Part shown: piece after piece, positions 40,097-53,218 of the stretch
Layout of the letters: each line of letters opens with the position of its first letter
Numbering within the stretch: position 1 is the stretch's first letter
From: Candidatus Methylomirabilota bacterium
GTDB lineage: Bacteria > Methylomirabilota > Methylomirabilia > Rokubacteriales > CSP1-6
Length of the DNA: 64,000 nucleotides
Reading direction: 5' to 3'
Assembly (NCBI GenBank): GCA_036556545.1
Contig: DATBJF010000020.1
Coordinates: 24,869 to 88,868, forward strand
Translations under genes and position numbers: made by a program
Notes under the pieces: model-generated
Database searches by the model: none
What the model was told of the DNA's origin: nothing
The model's input: only the letters and a program-made list of their open reading frames with translations

Positions 40097-41074
<978 letters not shown>

Positions 41075-41083
41075 GGTCCACCC

Positions 41084-42070
<987 letters not shown>

Positions 42071-42079
42071 CGACGCGCG

Positions 42080-42109
42080 ACGACGCCGTTTCTTCCACGA
42101 CGGCGTCGT
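42080..42109 (+). terminator. Putative intrinsic terminator after oppF-like gene
   Basis: Perfect 10-bp stem ACGACGCCGT / ACGGCGTCGT with a 10-nt loop, followed by AATTTCTT. Confidence 0.45.
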
Positions 42110-42321
42110 AATTTCTTCCCCGCCTCCACCGCGGCTGCGCGCGTCCACGCACTACTGTCAGCATCGGTCGAACCAACGCTGCCCGCCGGTTCACGGAGTT
42201 GACGGATCCCGCGCCACGCGCGTGCGACCGCGCCGACGTCAGACTGCTGGCGGCCCACTTGCACCCGACTCTGCGTTTCTCCGCGACGGCGGGCGTCGTC
42301 GCTGGAAGTGGGGGGCGAGAC

Positions 42322-42609
42322 ATGAACGGACCGGATCGTCTGCTCGAGCTCTGTCGGGGCGGCCGGATGCACTGGACGGGACAAGGCTGGATCGCCGAGC
42401 CGGAGGAAGTCGTGGAGGCGCTGGCGCGCGAGGGCTTCCAGGAATGCAAGCGCGAGGTCGCGCGCAATCCAACCGATCGGCGTCCGGCCGGCGGCGTCTG
42501 GCAAGGGCTGAACAGCCAGACGGGCGCCGTCGCGTCAGCGGTATGGGTGAAGTCGCCGGATCAGTCGCTGGTCTTCATCGAGATCGACGGACACCCTCTC
42601 GCGGGCTAA
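42322..42609 (+). CDS. Hypothetical protein (95 aa)
   Basis: Internal ATG of ORF 42199..42609. Coding-like GC3. No motif recognised. Confidence 0.4.
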   Translation: MNGPDRLLELCRGGRMHWTGQGWIAEPEEVVEALAREGFQECKREVARNPTDRRPAGGVWQGLNSQTGAVASAVWVKSPDQSLVFIEIDGHPLAG

Positions 42610-43646
42610 TCCCAGAGGTAGGCGCGGGGATTCACGGCCTGGCCCTTCACGAAGATCTCGTAGTGCAGATGGGGGCCGGAGGATCGGCCGGTGTTGCCGG
42701 AGTGCGCGAGCAGCGTGCCGCGCTCCACTTTCTGGCCGGGCCGCACCGAAACCTTCGACAGATGGCCGTAGAGCGTCCTGATGTTCTGCCCGTGATCGAG
42801 GACCACCGCGGTGCCGTACTCGTGGGCGGGACCGGCGACGATCACCGTCCCGGCAGCGGGCGCATGCACGGGCGTTCCGATCTGCGCCTTGATGTCGATG
42901 CCGCTGTGGAATTCGGAGGCCTGTGTCCACGGTGAGTTCCGGCGACCGAACTCGGAGTTGACCGAGCCGCGCACCGGCCAGCGCGAGGGCAGCGTCGCCA
43001 GCGCCTTGGCCGCGCGCGCCATCAGCCGGTCGAGCGCCCGCAGGCTGTCACCTTCTTCCTTGATCGTCTCGGCCAGGCGGTTCAGCTCGTCGGCGGGGGC
43101 GATGGCCGGAAGCTGCTCGGTGCTGGTGGCGCCGCCGATGCCCTTGTCGCGGTTGCCGCGCCCGGCATCGGGGCCGAAGGCATCCTGGATCCGTGCGTGC
43201 ATCTCGCGCCAGCTGCCGACCTCTTTGCGGAGCTGCGCGAGGCGGTGGTTCGTCGCTTCGATGCTCGCGCGCTGCTGGGCGATGGTGTTGGCGAAGGTGA
43301 CCGCCTCGCGAGTCAGCTCTCGGAGCTTCAGCCAGTCGCCGAGGAGCAGCCCGACGAAGGAGATGACGAGGGCGAGGCCGACGGCCGCGCCGAGCGCGGC
43401 TGACCGGGGGAAGTTGAATCGAAGCACCCGCTCGCCGTCACCCCGCACGATGAGCAGGCTGAACTGAGCGCGTTGTCGGGTCCCGGTGCGGTGCCGGGCG
43501 GCCGCCACGGCGCGCATCACGCTCGCGCTCGGGCGCCACCCCTTCACGGCGGGGGGCGCGCTCATCGTGCCAGCTGGCACTTCGTTCATGGCGCCCCAGG
43601 AACCGGCAAGTGACGTGCCGAATCGCCGGGTCGAAAAACCAGGCAC
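42606..43646 (-). CDS. M23-family metallopeptidase (peptidoglycan DD-endopeptidase-like); start uncertain
   Basis: FHSGIDI and GPHLHYEI metal-binding motifs with a TM anchor. Alternative starts at 43589, 43565 and 43517. Confidence 0.8.
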   Translation of the reverse strand: MPGFSTRRFGTSLAGSWGAMNEVPAGTMSAPPAVKGWRPSASVMRAVAAARHRTGTRQRAQFSLLIVRGDGERVLRFNFPRSAALGAAVGLALVISFVGLLLGDWLKLRELTREAVTFANTIAQQRASIEATNHRLAQLRKEVGSWREMHARIQDAFGPDAGRGNRDKGIGGATSTEQLPAIAPADELNRLAETIKEEGDSLRALDRLMARAAKALATLPSRWPVRGSVNSEFGRRNSPWTQASEFHSGIDIKAQIGTPVHAPAAGTVIVAGPAHEYGTAVVLDHGQNIRTLYGHLSKVSVRPGQKVERGTLLAHSGNTGRSSGPHLHYEIFVKGQAVNPRAYLWD

Positions 43647-43757
43647 TTACGCGACAGGAGCTGAGCCAGATCGGCACCCCGCGATGCGCGCCGGTGACCG
43701 AATGACCATCGCCGGCACGCCGTATCGTGCCGTAAATACGCGTCATCGTTCGGTTCG

Positions 43758-43787
43758 TTGACACTTTGCGCAGCGCTTCGGTATCAT
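43758..43787 (+). promoter_or_regulatory. Putative sigma70-type promoter for the aminotransferase-hom-thrC operon
   Basis: TTGACA (43758-63), 18-nt spacer, TATCAT (43782-87). GGAAGGAG RBS before ATG 43834. Confidence 0.45.
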
Positions 43788-43833
43788 CGCGTGACCACCC
43801 GCAGCACGTCGGCGAACCCGGGAAGGAGCGCGG

Positions 43834-45003
<1,170 letters not shown>

Positions 45004-45025
45004 GCCGGCCGCGCGCCGCCATTCC

Positions 45026-46345
45026 ATGAGCTCCGTCGACGAGGTACGCATCGGGCTGCTGGGCCTCGGCACCGTCGGTGCCGGCGTGGTCAAGATCCTC
45101 CAATTGCAGCGCGCGATGCTCGAGGAGCGCGCCGGCTGCCGGCTGACCCTGGCCGCCGTCGCCGATACGGACCTCACCCGCGTGCGCGAGGGTCTCGACC
45201 TGGCGACGCTGCCGCTCACCAACGACGCCGCGCGCGTGCTGGACGACCCGGCCGTGCACGTGGTCATCGAGCTCGTCGGCGGTCTCGAGCCCGCGCGGAC
45301 CTTCATCCTGCGCGCCCTGGCCGCCGGCAAGCACGTCGTCACCGCCAACAAGGCGCTGCTCGCGCACCACGGCCACGAGCTCTACGAGGAGGCGCGCCGC
45401 CGCGGCGTCACGCTCGCCTTCGAGGCGGCGGTCGCCGGCGGCATCCCGCTGATCCGGGCCGTGAAGGAAGGGCTGCCGGCCAACAAGATCCTCGGCCTGG
45501 CCGGGATCGTCAACGGGACGTGCAATTACATCCTTTCCAAGATGACCGACGAGGGGCTCGACTTCTCGCTGGTCCTCAAGGAGGCGCAGGCGCACGGCTA
45601 TGCCGAGGCCGATCCGACGCTCGACGTCGAAGGCCTCGACTCCGCCCACAAGCTGCAGATCCTGGCGTCCATCGCCTTCCGGACGTCGGTCGAGCTGAAG
45701 GACATCCACACCGAGGGCATCACGCGGGTGACCAGCGCGGACATCGCCTACGCGCGCGAGCTCGGCTATCGCATCAAGCTGCTCGCCATCGCGAAGGCCG
45801 TCGACGGCGGCGTGGAGGTCCGCGTCCATCCCACGATGATTCCGGCCGCCTCGCCGCTGGCCGCCGTCTCCGGCGTCTTCAACGCCGTGTTCATCACCGG
45901 CGACGCCGTCGGCGACCTGATGTTCTACGGCCGGGGCGCCGGCCAGATGCCCACGGCCTCCGCCGTGTGGTCGGACGCGCTCGAGATCGCGCGGAACATC
46001 GCGCACGGCATTCCTGCCCTCGCCCTCGAGCTGCCATCCGTGGGTCCCGTCGCGCTGCCGGTGCGGCCGATGGACTCGGTGCGGTGCGCCTACTACCTGC
46101 GCGTGATGGTGCGCGACAAGCCCGGTGTGTTGTCCCGCGTGGCCGGCATCCTCGGCGAGAACGACATCTCGATCGCCAATGTCATCCAGAAGGGCCGTGC
46201 GGCCACGCGCGAGGCCGTGCCGGTCGTCATGCTGACGCACGAGGCGCGCGAGAAGGACATGCGCGCCGCGCTGTCGGCGATCGACCGCATGCGCGACGTG
46301 GCCACCCCGACCACGATGATCCGCGTCGAAGGCGGCCCTGCCTAG
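45026..46345 (+). CDS. hom: Homoserine dehydrogenase
   Basis: Start MSSVDEVRIGLLGLGTVG. NGTCNYIL motif and C-terminal ACT domain. Confidence 0.9.
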   Translation: MSSVDEVRIGLLGLGTVGAGVVKILQLQRAMLEERAGCRLTLAAVADTDLTRVREGLDLATLPLTNDAARVLDDPAVHVVIELVGGLEPARTFILRALAAGKHVVTANKALLAHHGHELYEEARRRGVTLAFEAAVAGGIPLIRAVKEGLPANKILGLAGIVNGTCNYILSKMTDEGLDFSLVLKEAQAHGYAEADPTLDVEGLDSAHKLQILASIAFRTSVELKDIHTEGITRVTSADIAYARELGYRIKLLAIAKAVDGGVEVRVHPTMIPAASPLAAVSGVFNAVFITGDAVGDLMFYGRGAGQMPTASAVWSDALEIARNIAHGIPALALELPSVGPVALPVRPMDSVRCAYYLRVMVRDKPGVLSRVAGILGENDISIANVIQKGRAATREAVPVVMLTHEAREKDMRAALSAIDRMRDVATPTTMIRVEGGPA

Positions 46346-46347
46346 TG

Positions 46348-47409
46348 ATGACGAGGGCGTGGCCGGGGGTGATCGAGACGTACCGGAAGTACTTGCCGGT
46401 TACCGACCGCACGCCGGTGGTGACGTTGCACGAGGGGAACACGCCGCTGGTGCCCGCGCCGCGGCTGGCGGAAGCGACGGATCCGAGCCTCTCGATCTAT
46501 CTGAAGTGCGAGGGATTCAACCCGACCGGTTCGTTCAAGGACCGCGGGATGACGATGGCGATCTCCAAGGCCGTCGAGGGCGGCGCCCGCGCCGTCATCT
46601 GCGCCTCGACTGGCAACACGTCGGCGTCGGCGGCGGCCTTCGCCGCCCGCGCCGGGGTGCGGGCCTTCGTCATGGTTCCGAAGGGCGCCATCGCGCTCGG
46701 CAAGCTGTCGCAGGCGGCCATCCATGGCGCCAAGGTCCTCACCGTCGACGGCAACTTCGACCAGGCGCTCTCCATCGTGCGCCAGATCGCCGAGACGTAT
46801 CCGGTCACGCTGGTCAACTCCGTCAATCCGTTCCGGCTCGAGGGCCAGAAGACGGCCGCGTTCGAGGTGGTCGATCAGCTCGGTCGCACGCCCGACTATC
46901 ACCTCGTTCCCGTCGGCAACGCCGGCAACATCTCCGCCTACTGGCGCGGCTACCGCGAGTACCACCGTGACGGGAAGATCAAGGACCTGCCGCGCATGGT
47001 CGGCTTCGAGGCGGCGGGCGCGGCGCCGATCTACGAGAACCGCGTCATCGCCGAGCCGCGCACGGTGGCCACGGCTATCAACATCGGCAATCCCGCCTCG
47101 TGGGGATTCGCGCTCGAGGCGATGAAGGACAGCCAGGGCTGGGTCGAGGTCGTCACCGACGAGGAGATCCTGCGCGCCTACCGGCTGCTGGCGCGCGAAG
47201 AAGGCATCTTCATGGAGGCGGCGTCGGCGGCGACCGTGGCCGGCCTGGTGAAGATGGTCAAGGCCGGCCGGTTCCAGCCGGGCTCGACGCTGGTGCTGAC
47301 GCTCACCGGCCACGGCTTGAAAGATCCGGACACCGCGCTCGAATCGGCCACCCGCCCGACGTCCGTGCCGGCCTCCATCGACGCCGTCCTGGCGCAGCTC
47401 GGCCTCTGA
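46348..47409 (+). CDS. thrC: Threonine synthase
   Basis: NPTGSFKDRG PLP-lysine motif. 353 aa. Confidence 0.9.
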   Translation: MTRAWPGVIETYRKYLPVTDRTPVVTLHEGNTPLVPAPRLAEATDPSLSIYLKCEGFNPTGSFKDRGMTMAISKAVEGGARAVICASTGNTSASAAAFAARAGVRAFVMVPKGAIALGKLSQAAIHGAKVLTVDGNFDQALSIVRQIAETYPVTLVNSVNPFRLEGQKTAAFEVVDQLGRTPDYHLVPVGNAGNISAYWRGYREYHRDGKIKDLPRMVGFEAAGAAPIYENRVIAEPRTVATAINIGNPASWGFALEAMKDSQGWVEVVTDEEILRAYRLLAREEGIFMEAASAATVAGLVKMVKAGRFQPGSTLVLTLTGHGLKDPDTALESATRPTSVPASIDAVLAQLGL

Positions 47410-48407
47410 GCCGGCGTCTTCGCCTCGCGCTCGGCATCGCGATCAGCGTCGTGCTGTTCGCGTTCCTGCTGTGGACGGTCGACCTGCGCGAGCTCGGCGC
47501 GCAGCTGGCGCGCACGAGCTGGGGCTGGGTGATGGTGGCGGTCGCCCTCGGGGTCGCCGGCATCTACGCGCGGGCATTCCGCTGGCGCTGGCTGTTTCCG
47601 CCGGGGACTCCGCCGCCGGGCATCGTGCCGGCCACCATGATCGGCTACATGGCCAACAACGTCCTGCCGCTGCGCGCCGGCGAGTTCGTGCGGGTGTACG
47701 CGGCCGCCCGCCGACTGCGCGAGGCCGAGCCGTTGAGCCCGACGCAGGCGTTCTGGCTGGTCGCGGCCACCGTCGTGCTCGAGCGCGTCCTCGACAGCCT
47801 CGCGCTCGTGCTGATCCTCACCGGGCTCGTGCTGCTCAGGCCCGTGCCGGCGGCCGTCGAATGGGCGGCCGGCCTGCTCTTCCTCGTCGACGTGGTGGGG
47901 GTCGCGATGCTGGTCACGGTGGCGCGGGCGCCGCTGCTGGCGCGACGCGTCGTCGTCGGTGTCACCCACCGGTGGCCGTGGCTCGAGCGGCTGGCGCTGT
48001 CGACGTTCGACACGGGCCTGCGCGGTCTCGCCGGCATCCGCACGCCGGCGCACGCGCTGCGGATCGCGGCGTGGACGCCGGTGGTGTGGGTGCTTCCGGC
48101 CGCCGCCGCCTGGGCGATGCTGCGCGCAGTCCATCTCGACCTGCCGTTCATCGCCGGCTGGGTCGTGCTGGCGTTCGTGGGCATCGGCATCAGCGTGCCG
48201 TCGGCGCCGGGCTACCTCGGTGTGTTTCATTTCGCGGCCAAGCTCGCGCTCGAGACGTTCGGCGTGGCCTCCTCCACCGCCCTCGCCTACGCCCTGCTCT
48301 ATCACGCGAGCGCCGTGCTGCCGATCACCCTGCTCGGCTGGCTTTACCTGCTGCGCGAGCACCTGAGCCTCGGCGACGTGCGCCGTGCGCCCACGGCGGC
48401 CGGCTGA
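47406..48407 (+). CDS. LPG_synthase_TM / UPF0104 flippase-like membrane protein; start codon unclear
   Basis: FRWRWLF and NNVLPLRAGEFVRVY family motifs. No ATG/GTG/TTG precedes the first TM, only CTG 47406. The next GTG is at 47451. Confidence 0.65.
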   Translation: MSRRLRLALGIAISVVLFAFLLWTVDLRELGAQLARTSWGWVMVAVALGVAGIYARAFRWRWLFPPGTPPPGIVPATMIGYMANNVLPLRAGEFVRVYAAARRLREAEPLSPTQAFWLVAATVVLERVLDSLALVLILTGLVLLRPVPAAVEWAAGLLFLVDVVGVAMLVTVARAPLLARRVVVGVTHRWPWLERLALSTFDTGLRGLAGIRTPAHALRIAAWTPVVWVLPAAAAWAMLRAVHLDLPFIAGWVVLAFVGIGISVPSAPGYLGVFHFAAKLALETFGVASSTALAYALLYHASAVLPITLLGWLYLLREHLSLGDVRRAPTAAG

Positions 48408-48418
48408 GTCTGCGCAGC

Positions 48419-48448
48419 TTGCCACTCCGCGCGCGGCTCATGTAGATT
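48419..48448 (+). promoter_or_regulatory. Possible sigma70-type promoter for lysC
   Basis: TTGCCA (48419-24), 18-nt spacer, TAGATT (48443-48), only 9 nt before ATG 48458. Confidence 0.3.
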
Positions 48449-48457
48449 GCACAGGCA

Positions 48458-49672
<1,215 letters not shown>

Positions 49673-49693
49673 ACGCGACAAGGAGCGCCCCCC

Positions 49694-50809
49694 ATGGCCA
49701 CCACCGGCAAAGCCGCCGTCTTCTTCGGCCCCGGCAAGCCCTTCGAGATCCGGGAGCTGCGCCTGCCCGAGATCGAGCCTGACGCCGTCCTGATCAAGGT
49801 CTCGCTCGCCAACGTCTGCGGCTCCGACCTCCACTTCTGGCGCGGCGACGCGCCGCTGCGGCTACCCGACGACGGCTGGATCTTCGGCCACGAGATGATG
49901 GGCCGCGTGGCCAGGCTCGGGAAGAACGTCAAGACGGACTCGCTGGGGCGCCCGCTGCGCGAGGGCGATCGGGTCGCCTACACCTATTTCTATCCGTGCG
50001 GGCGCTGCTACGTCTGTCTCAACAAGCAGCCCGCCGCGTGCCCGGCGAAGATCGAGCGGCCGCGGGGCCCGTCGGAGTTCCCGCACTTCAACGGCGCCTT
50101 CGCCGAGTACTACTACCTGCGCCCCGGCGGCGCCGTTTTCGGCGTTCCCGACGCGCTGGCCGACGAGCTGGTGTCGCCGGTGAACTGCGCGCTCTCGCAG
50201 GTGATCTTCGGGCTGCACGAGGCGAAGCTCGAGTTCGGCGGCAGCGTCGTGATCCAGGGCGCGGGCGGCCTCGGCGTCCAGGCGGCGGCCGTCGCCAAGG
50301 ACATGGGGGCCGCCACCGTGATCGTCGTCGACCAGCTGCCGGGGCGTCTCGAGCTGGCGCGCGCGTTCGGCGCCGACCACGTGATCAACGTGAAGGAGAC
50401 GACCGAGCGCAAGGACCGCGTGGCGCTCGTGCGGAAGTGGACGGGCGGCATGGGCGCCGATGTCGCCTGCGACTTCGTCGGCTTCCCGCAGGTGATCCCC
50501 GAAGGCATCGACATGCTGCGGCCGGGTGGCACCTATCTGGAGATCGGCACCATCTCGCGCGGCGCCAAGGTCGATTTCGAGCCGGCCCAGCTCGTCTGGG
50601 GCGCCAAGAAGATGGTCGGCGTGATCATGTACGACGCCTGGGTCATCCCGCGCGCGCTGGACTTCCTCGTGCGCAACCAGCGGCGATTCCCGTTCGACCG
50701 GCTCATCTCGCACAAGTACCCGCTGGAGCAGATCAACAAGGCCTTCAGCGACTCGGAGTGGCACAACCGGGAGACGACGGCCATCAGTCGCGCCGCGCTC
50801 GTGCCCTGA
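49694..50809 (+). CDS. Zinc-dependent alcohol dehydrogenase family (MDR) protein
   Basis: CGSDLHFW, GHE, structural-zinc CGRCYVCLNKQPAAC, GAGGLG NAD motif. Confidence 0.8.
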   Translation: MATTGKAAVFFGPGKPFEIRELRLPEIEPDAVLIKVSLANVCGSDLHFWRGDAPLRLPDDGWIFGHEMMGRVARLGKNVKTDSLGRPLREGDRVAYTYFYPCGRCYVCLNKQPAACPAKIERPRGPSEFPHFNGAFAEYYYLRPGGAVFGVPDALADELVSPVNCALSQVIFGLHEAKLEFGGSVVIQGAGGLGVQAAAVAKDMGAATVIVVDQLPGRLELARAFGADHVINVKETTERKDRVALVRKWTGGMGADVACDFVGFPQVIPEGIDMLRPGGTYLEIGTISRGAKVDFEPAQLVWGAKKMVGVIMYDAWVIPRALDFLVRNQRRFPFDRLISHKYPLEQINKAFSDSEWHNRETTAISRAALVP

Positions 50810-51054
50810 CTCGCAGACGCGACACCGGCGTGCAAGACACTTCCCATGTGCACCCATCGGGTGCACACACCGCTTCCGTCAGCGACGCTGCGCCGGGCGC
50901 GCCGTCACGCCGACCGCCGCTGGCCACCCGCCGTCGCACGCCCGCCGCGCGCGGACCTCGCGTAACGCGCGGGACGAATCGGCGCGGCGGTCGCGACGCG
51001 CGCGGCCGGGCGCTGCTATCCACCGACGACTGAAGCGTTTTTACAACCAGAGCC

Positions 51055-53040
51055 GTGGCACGTCGCTTGCCACCTTTCGGCCCGATGGCAGCACTCGCTT
51101 ACAAGGGACCACCGCCGTCCCCCGCAGAATCCGCGGAGCGTCGCTTCCGCGATCTCGTGCACGAAGTGGACGGTATCGTGTGGGAGCTCGAGCCCGCCAC
51201 CCAGCGGTTCACGTTCGTCAATCGCCGTGCCGAAGAGCTGCTCGGCTATCCGATCGAGCGCTGGCTGGCCGCCCAGGATTTCCGCGCGACGCTCATCGAT
51301 CCGCGCGATCGCGAGCGCGCGCAGGCCGCCTACGACGAGGCCACGCGCGGGCAGCGTGTCATCGACCACGAGTTCCGTGCCACCGCCGCCGACGGCACCC
51401 TGGTGTGGCTGCGCGACCGCGTGCATCGCACCGAGACCGGGCGACTGCGCGGTCTCATGGTCGACATCACCGAGCAGAAGCGGCTCGAGCAGGAACGCGA
51501 CGAGCGGCTCTTGCGCGAGCAGGAAGCCCGCGCCGAGGTCGAGGCCGCCGTGGACATGGTGCAGCGGCTGCAGTCGATCACCGAAGCCGCGCTCGCCCCC
51601 CGCTCGCTCGATCAGTTGCTCCGCGGCGTCCTCGAGCGCATCCACGACGTCGTGGAGGCCGACACGACGCTGATCCTTCTCCCCACCGAGGACGGCGCGC
51701 ATCTCCGGCTGGCGCACGCGGTGGGCCTCGCCGCCGACGCCGCGCGCGACGTGCGCGTGCCGATCGGCGAGGGCCTGACCGGCCGCATCGCCGCCAGCGC
51801 CCAGCCGCTGATCGTGGACGACGCCGGCGACATGGATCTCGCGCCGCTTCGCGACGCGCGCGTCCAGTCGCTGGTGGGGGTGCCCCTGTCGGCGGACGGC
51901 GATCTCGTCGGGGTGGTGCACGCGGCGCGGCGGCGGCGACGCTTCAGCGCCGACGAGGCGCGGCTGCTCGAGCTGGTCGGCGAGCGCGTGAGCACGGCCA
52001 TCCGCAACGCGCGGCTGCTCGAAGACGCGCAGCGTGCGCGACGGCTGACCGAGAGCGTCCGGCAGCGGAGCGTGTTCCTCGCCGACGCCACCACCGCCCT
52101 CTTCGCCGCGCGCGACCCCGCGTCGGCGCTGAGCACGGTGGCGCGTCTGGCGGTGCCGGCCGTGGCGGACTGGTGTGTCGTCGACCTGCACGACCGCGAC
52201 GGCGGCTACCGCCGCGTGGCGCTCGCGCATCGCGACGTCGTGATCGAGCGCGATGCGGCCGGGCTGCTCGGCCCCCTCACCCAGGCGCCGCCCGCCGACA
52301 CCGCGGTGGGCCGCGCGCTGCATTCGCGCGCGCCGCAGTGGCGTGCTGGCGGCGCGACGCCGGGCGATCTCGAGGCACGTGGTGGGCCCGACGAGCGCGC
52401 GCAGCTCGCGCGCCTCGGCGTGGCCAGCTACGTCTGTGCGCCCCTGCTCGCCGGCCGGCGCCCGCTCGGCGCCATCACCTTCGTCGGCATCGATCCGGAG
52501 CGGCCGCTGGGTCCCGACGACGTCGCGCTCGTGGGCGAGCTCGCCCGCCGCGCGGCGGTCGCCATCGACGAGCGCCGGCGCCGGCGCGAGACGCGTGAGC
52601 TGCTACGGCTCTTCGCGCGGCTCGCGAGCGGCGCCCTCGAGCTGGACCACCAGCCGCTCCCGCTGCACGAGGTCGTCGACGCCGCGGGCCGCGCCGTCGC
52701 GGAGGAAGCGCGCGCCAAGAACATCGCCATCGACATCGCCGCCGACGTGCCGGGCCTGCGCGTTCGCGGCGACCGCCGCCGACTCCGGCAGGTCATCCAG
52801 CGCGTGCTCGAGGGCGCCCTCCGCGTGGCGCCGGCCGGTGGACGCGTCGCCGTGCGAGTCACGCGCGACGGCGCCACCGCGATGGTCGCCGTCAGCGCGC
52901 CCGGCGCTTCCGGCGCGCCGGTGACCGGCATGCGGCTGGCGATCGTGCGCCGGCTGCTCGAGCTCCACGGCGGCACCGCGGCGACGGCGCGCGCGGACGA
53001 CCGCGGCCCGACGCTCACCGTGAAGCTGCCCGTGAACTAG
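51055..53040 (+). CDS. PAS-GAF-GAF sensor protein with degenerate histidine-kinase-like ATPase domain
   Basis: PAS (FVNRRAEELLGYP...DITEQK), GAF (GEGLTGRIA) and a second GAF-like domain (ADWCVVDL). C-terminal HATPase-like region with non-consensus N/G boxes. GTG 51055 or ATG 51085 as start. Confidence 0.7.
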   Translation: MARRLPPFGPMAALAYKGPPPSPAESAERRFRDLVHEVDGIVWELEPATQRFTFVNRRAEELLGYPIERWLAAQDFRATLIDPRDRERAQAAYDEATRGQRVIDHEFRATAADGTLVWLRDRVHRTETGRLRGLMVDITEQKRLEQERDERLLREQEARAEVEAAVDMVQRLQSITEAALAPRSLDQLLRGVLERIHDVVEADTTLILLPTEDGAHLRLAHAVGLAADAARDVRVPIGEGLTGRIAASAQPLIVDDAGDMDLAPLRDARVQSLVGVPLSADGDLVGVVHAARRRRRFSADEARLLELVGERVSTAIRNARLLEDAQRARRLTESVRQRSVFLADATTALFAARDPASALSTVARLAVPAVADWCVVDLHDRDGGYRRVALAHRDVVIERDAAGLLGPLTQAPPADTAVGRALHSRAPQWRAGGATPGDLEARGGPDERAQLARLGVASYVCAPLLAGRRPLGAITFVGIDPERPLGPDDVALVGELARRAAVAIDERRRRRETRELLRLFARLASGALELDHQPLPLHEVVDAAGRAVAEEARAKNIAIDIAADVPGLRVRGDRRRLRQVIQRVLEGALRVAPAGGRVAVRVTRDGATAMVAVSAPGASGAPVTGMRLAIVRRLLELHGGTAATARADDRGPTLTVKLPVN

Positions 53041-53044
53041 GAAC

Positions 53045-53117
53045 ATGGGGGGCCCCGAAATGGCCCCCCATACCCCCCGACGCTCGTCGCGCCCCGGCAA
53101 AGCCGTGGCGCGCCTCG
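53045..53117 (+). repeat. GC-rich double-hairpin repeat element, copy B
   Basis: ATGGGGGGCCCCGAAATGGCCCCCCATACCCCCCGACGCTCG-TCGCGCCCCGGCAAAGCCGTGGCGCGCCTCG. Begins 4 nt after the sensor gene stop. Confidence 0.7.
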
Positions 53118-53218
53118 TTGACGGGCTCCACGGTTACTGGCGTCACGGCCGATAGACAGCTCACCGTCTGCATCCGTTCACTCTGGCGACGCCGTCGCAT
53201 GCGTGGCATCGTCGCCGC

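Noticed and set aside
48408-48457. Lysine riboswitch (L-box) upstream of lysC.
   Set aside because: The gap is only 50 nt, far too short for the ~180-nt L-box. The same holds for the leaders of dapL and lysA.
53015-53209. Small ORFs translated from the repeat elements, such as ...[13 protein letters not shown]... at 53015..53209 (-), 57120..57359 (-), 57159..57368 (+) and 6175.. (+).
   Set aside because: The similar peptide strings follow simply from nucleotide identity of the repeats. They appear in different frames and strands, and they lack RBSs. Hairpin-forming structure explains the conservation better.
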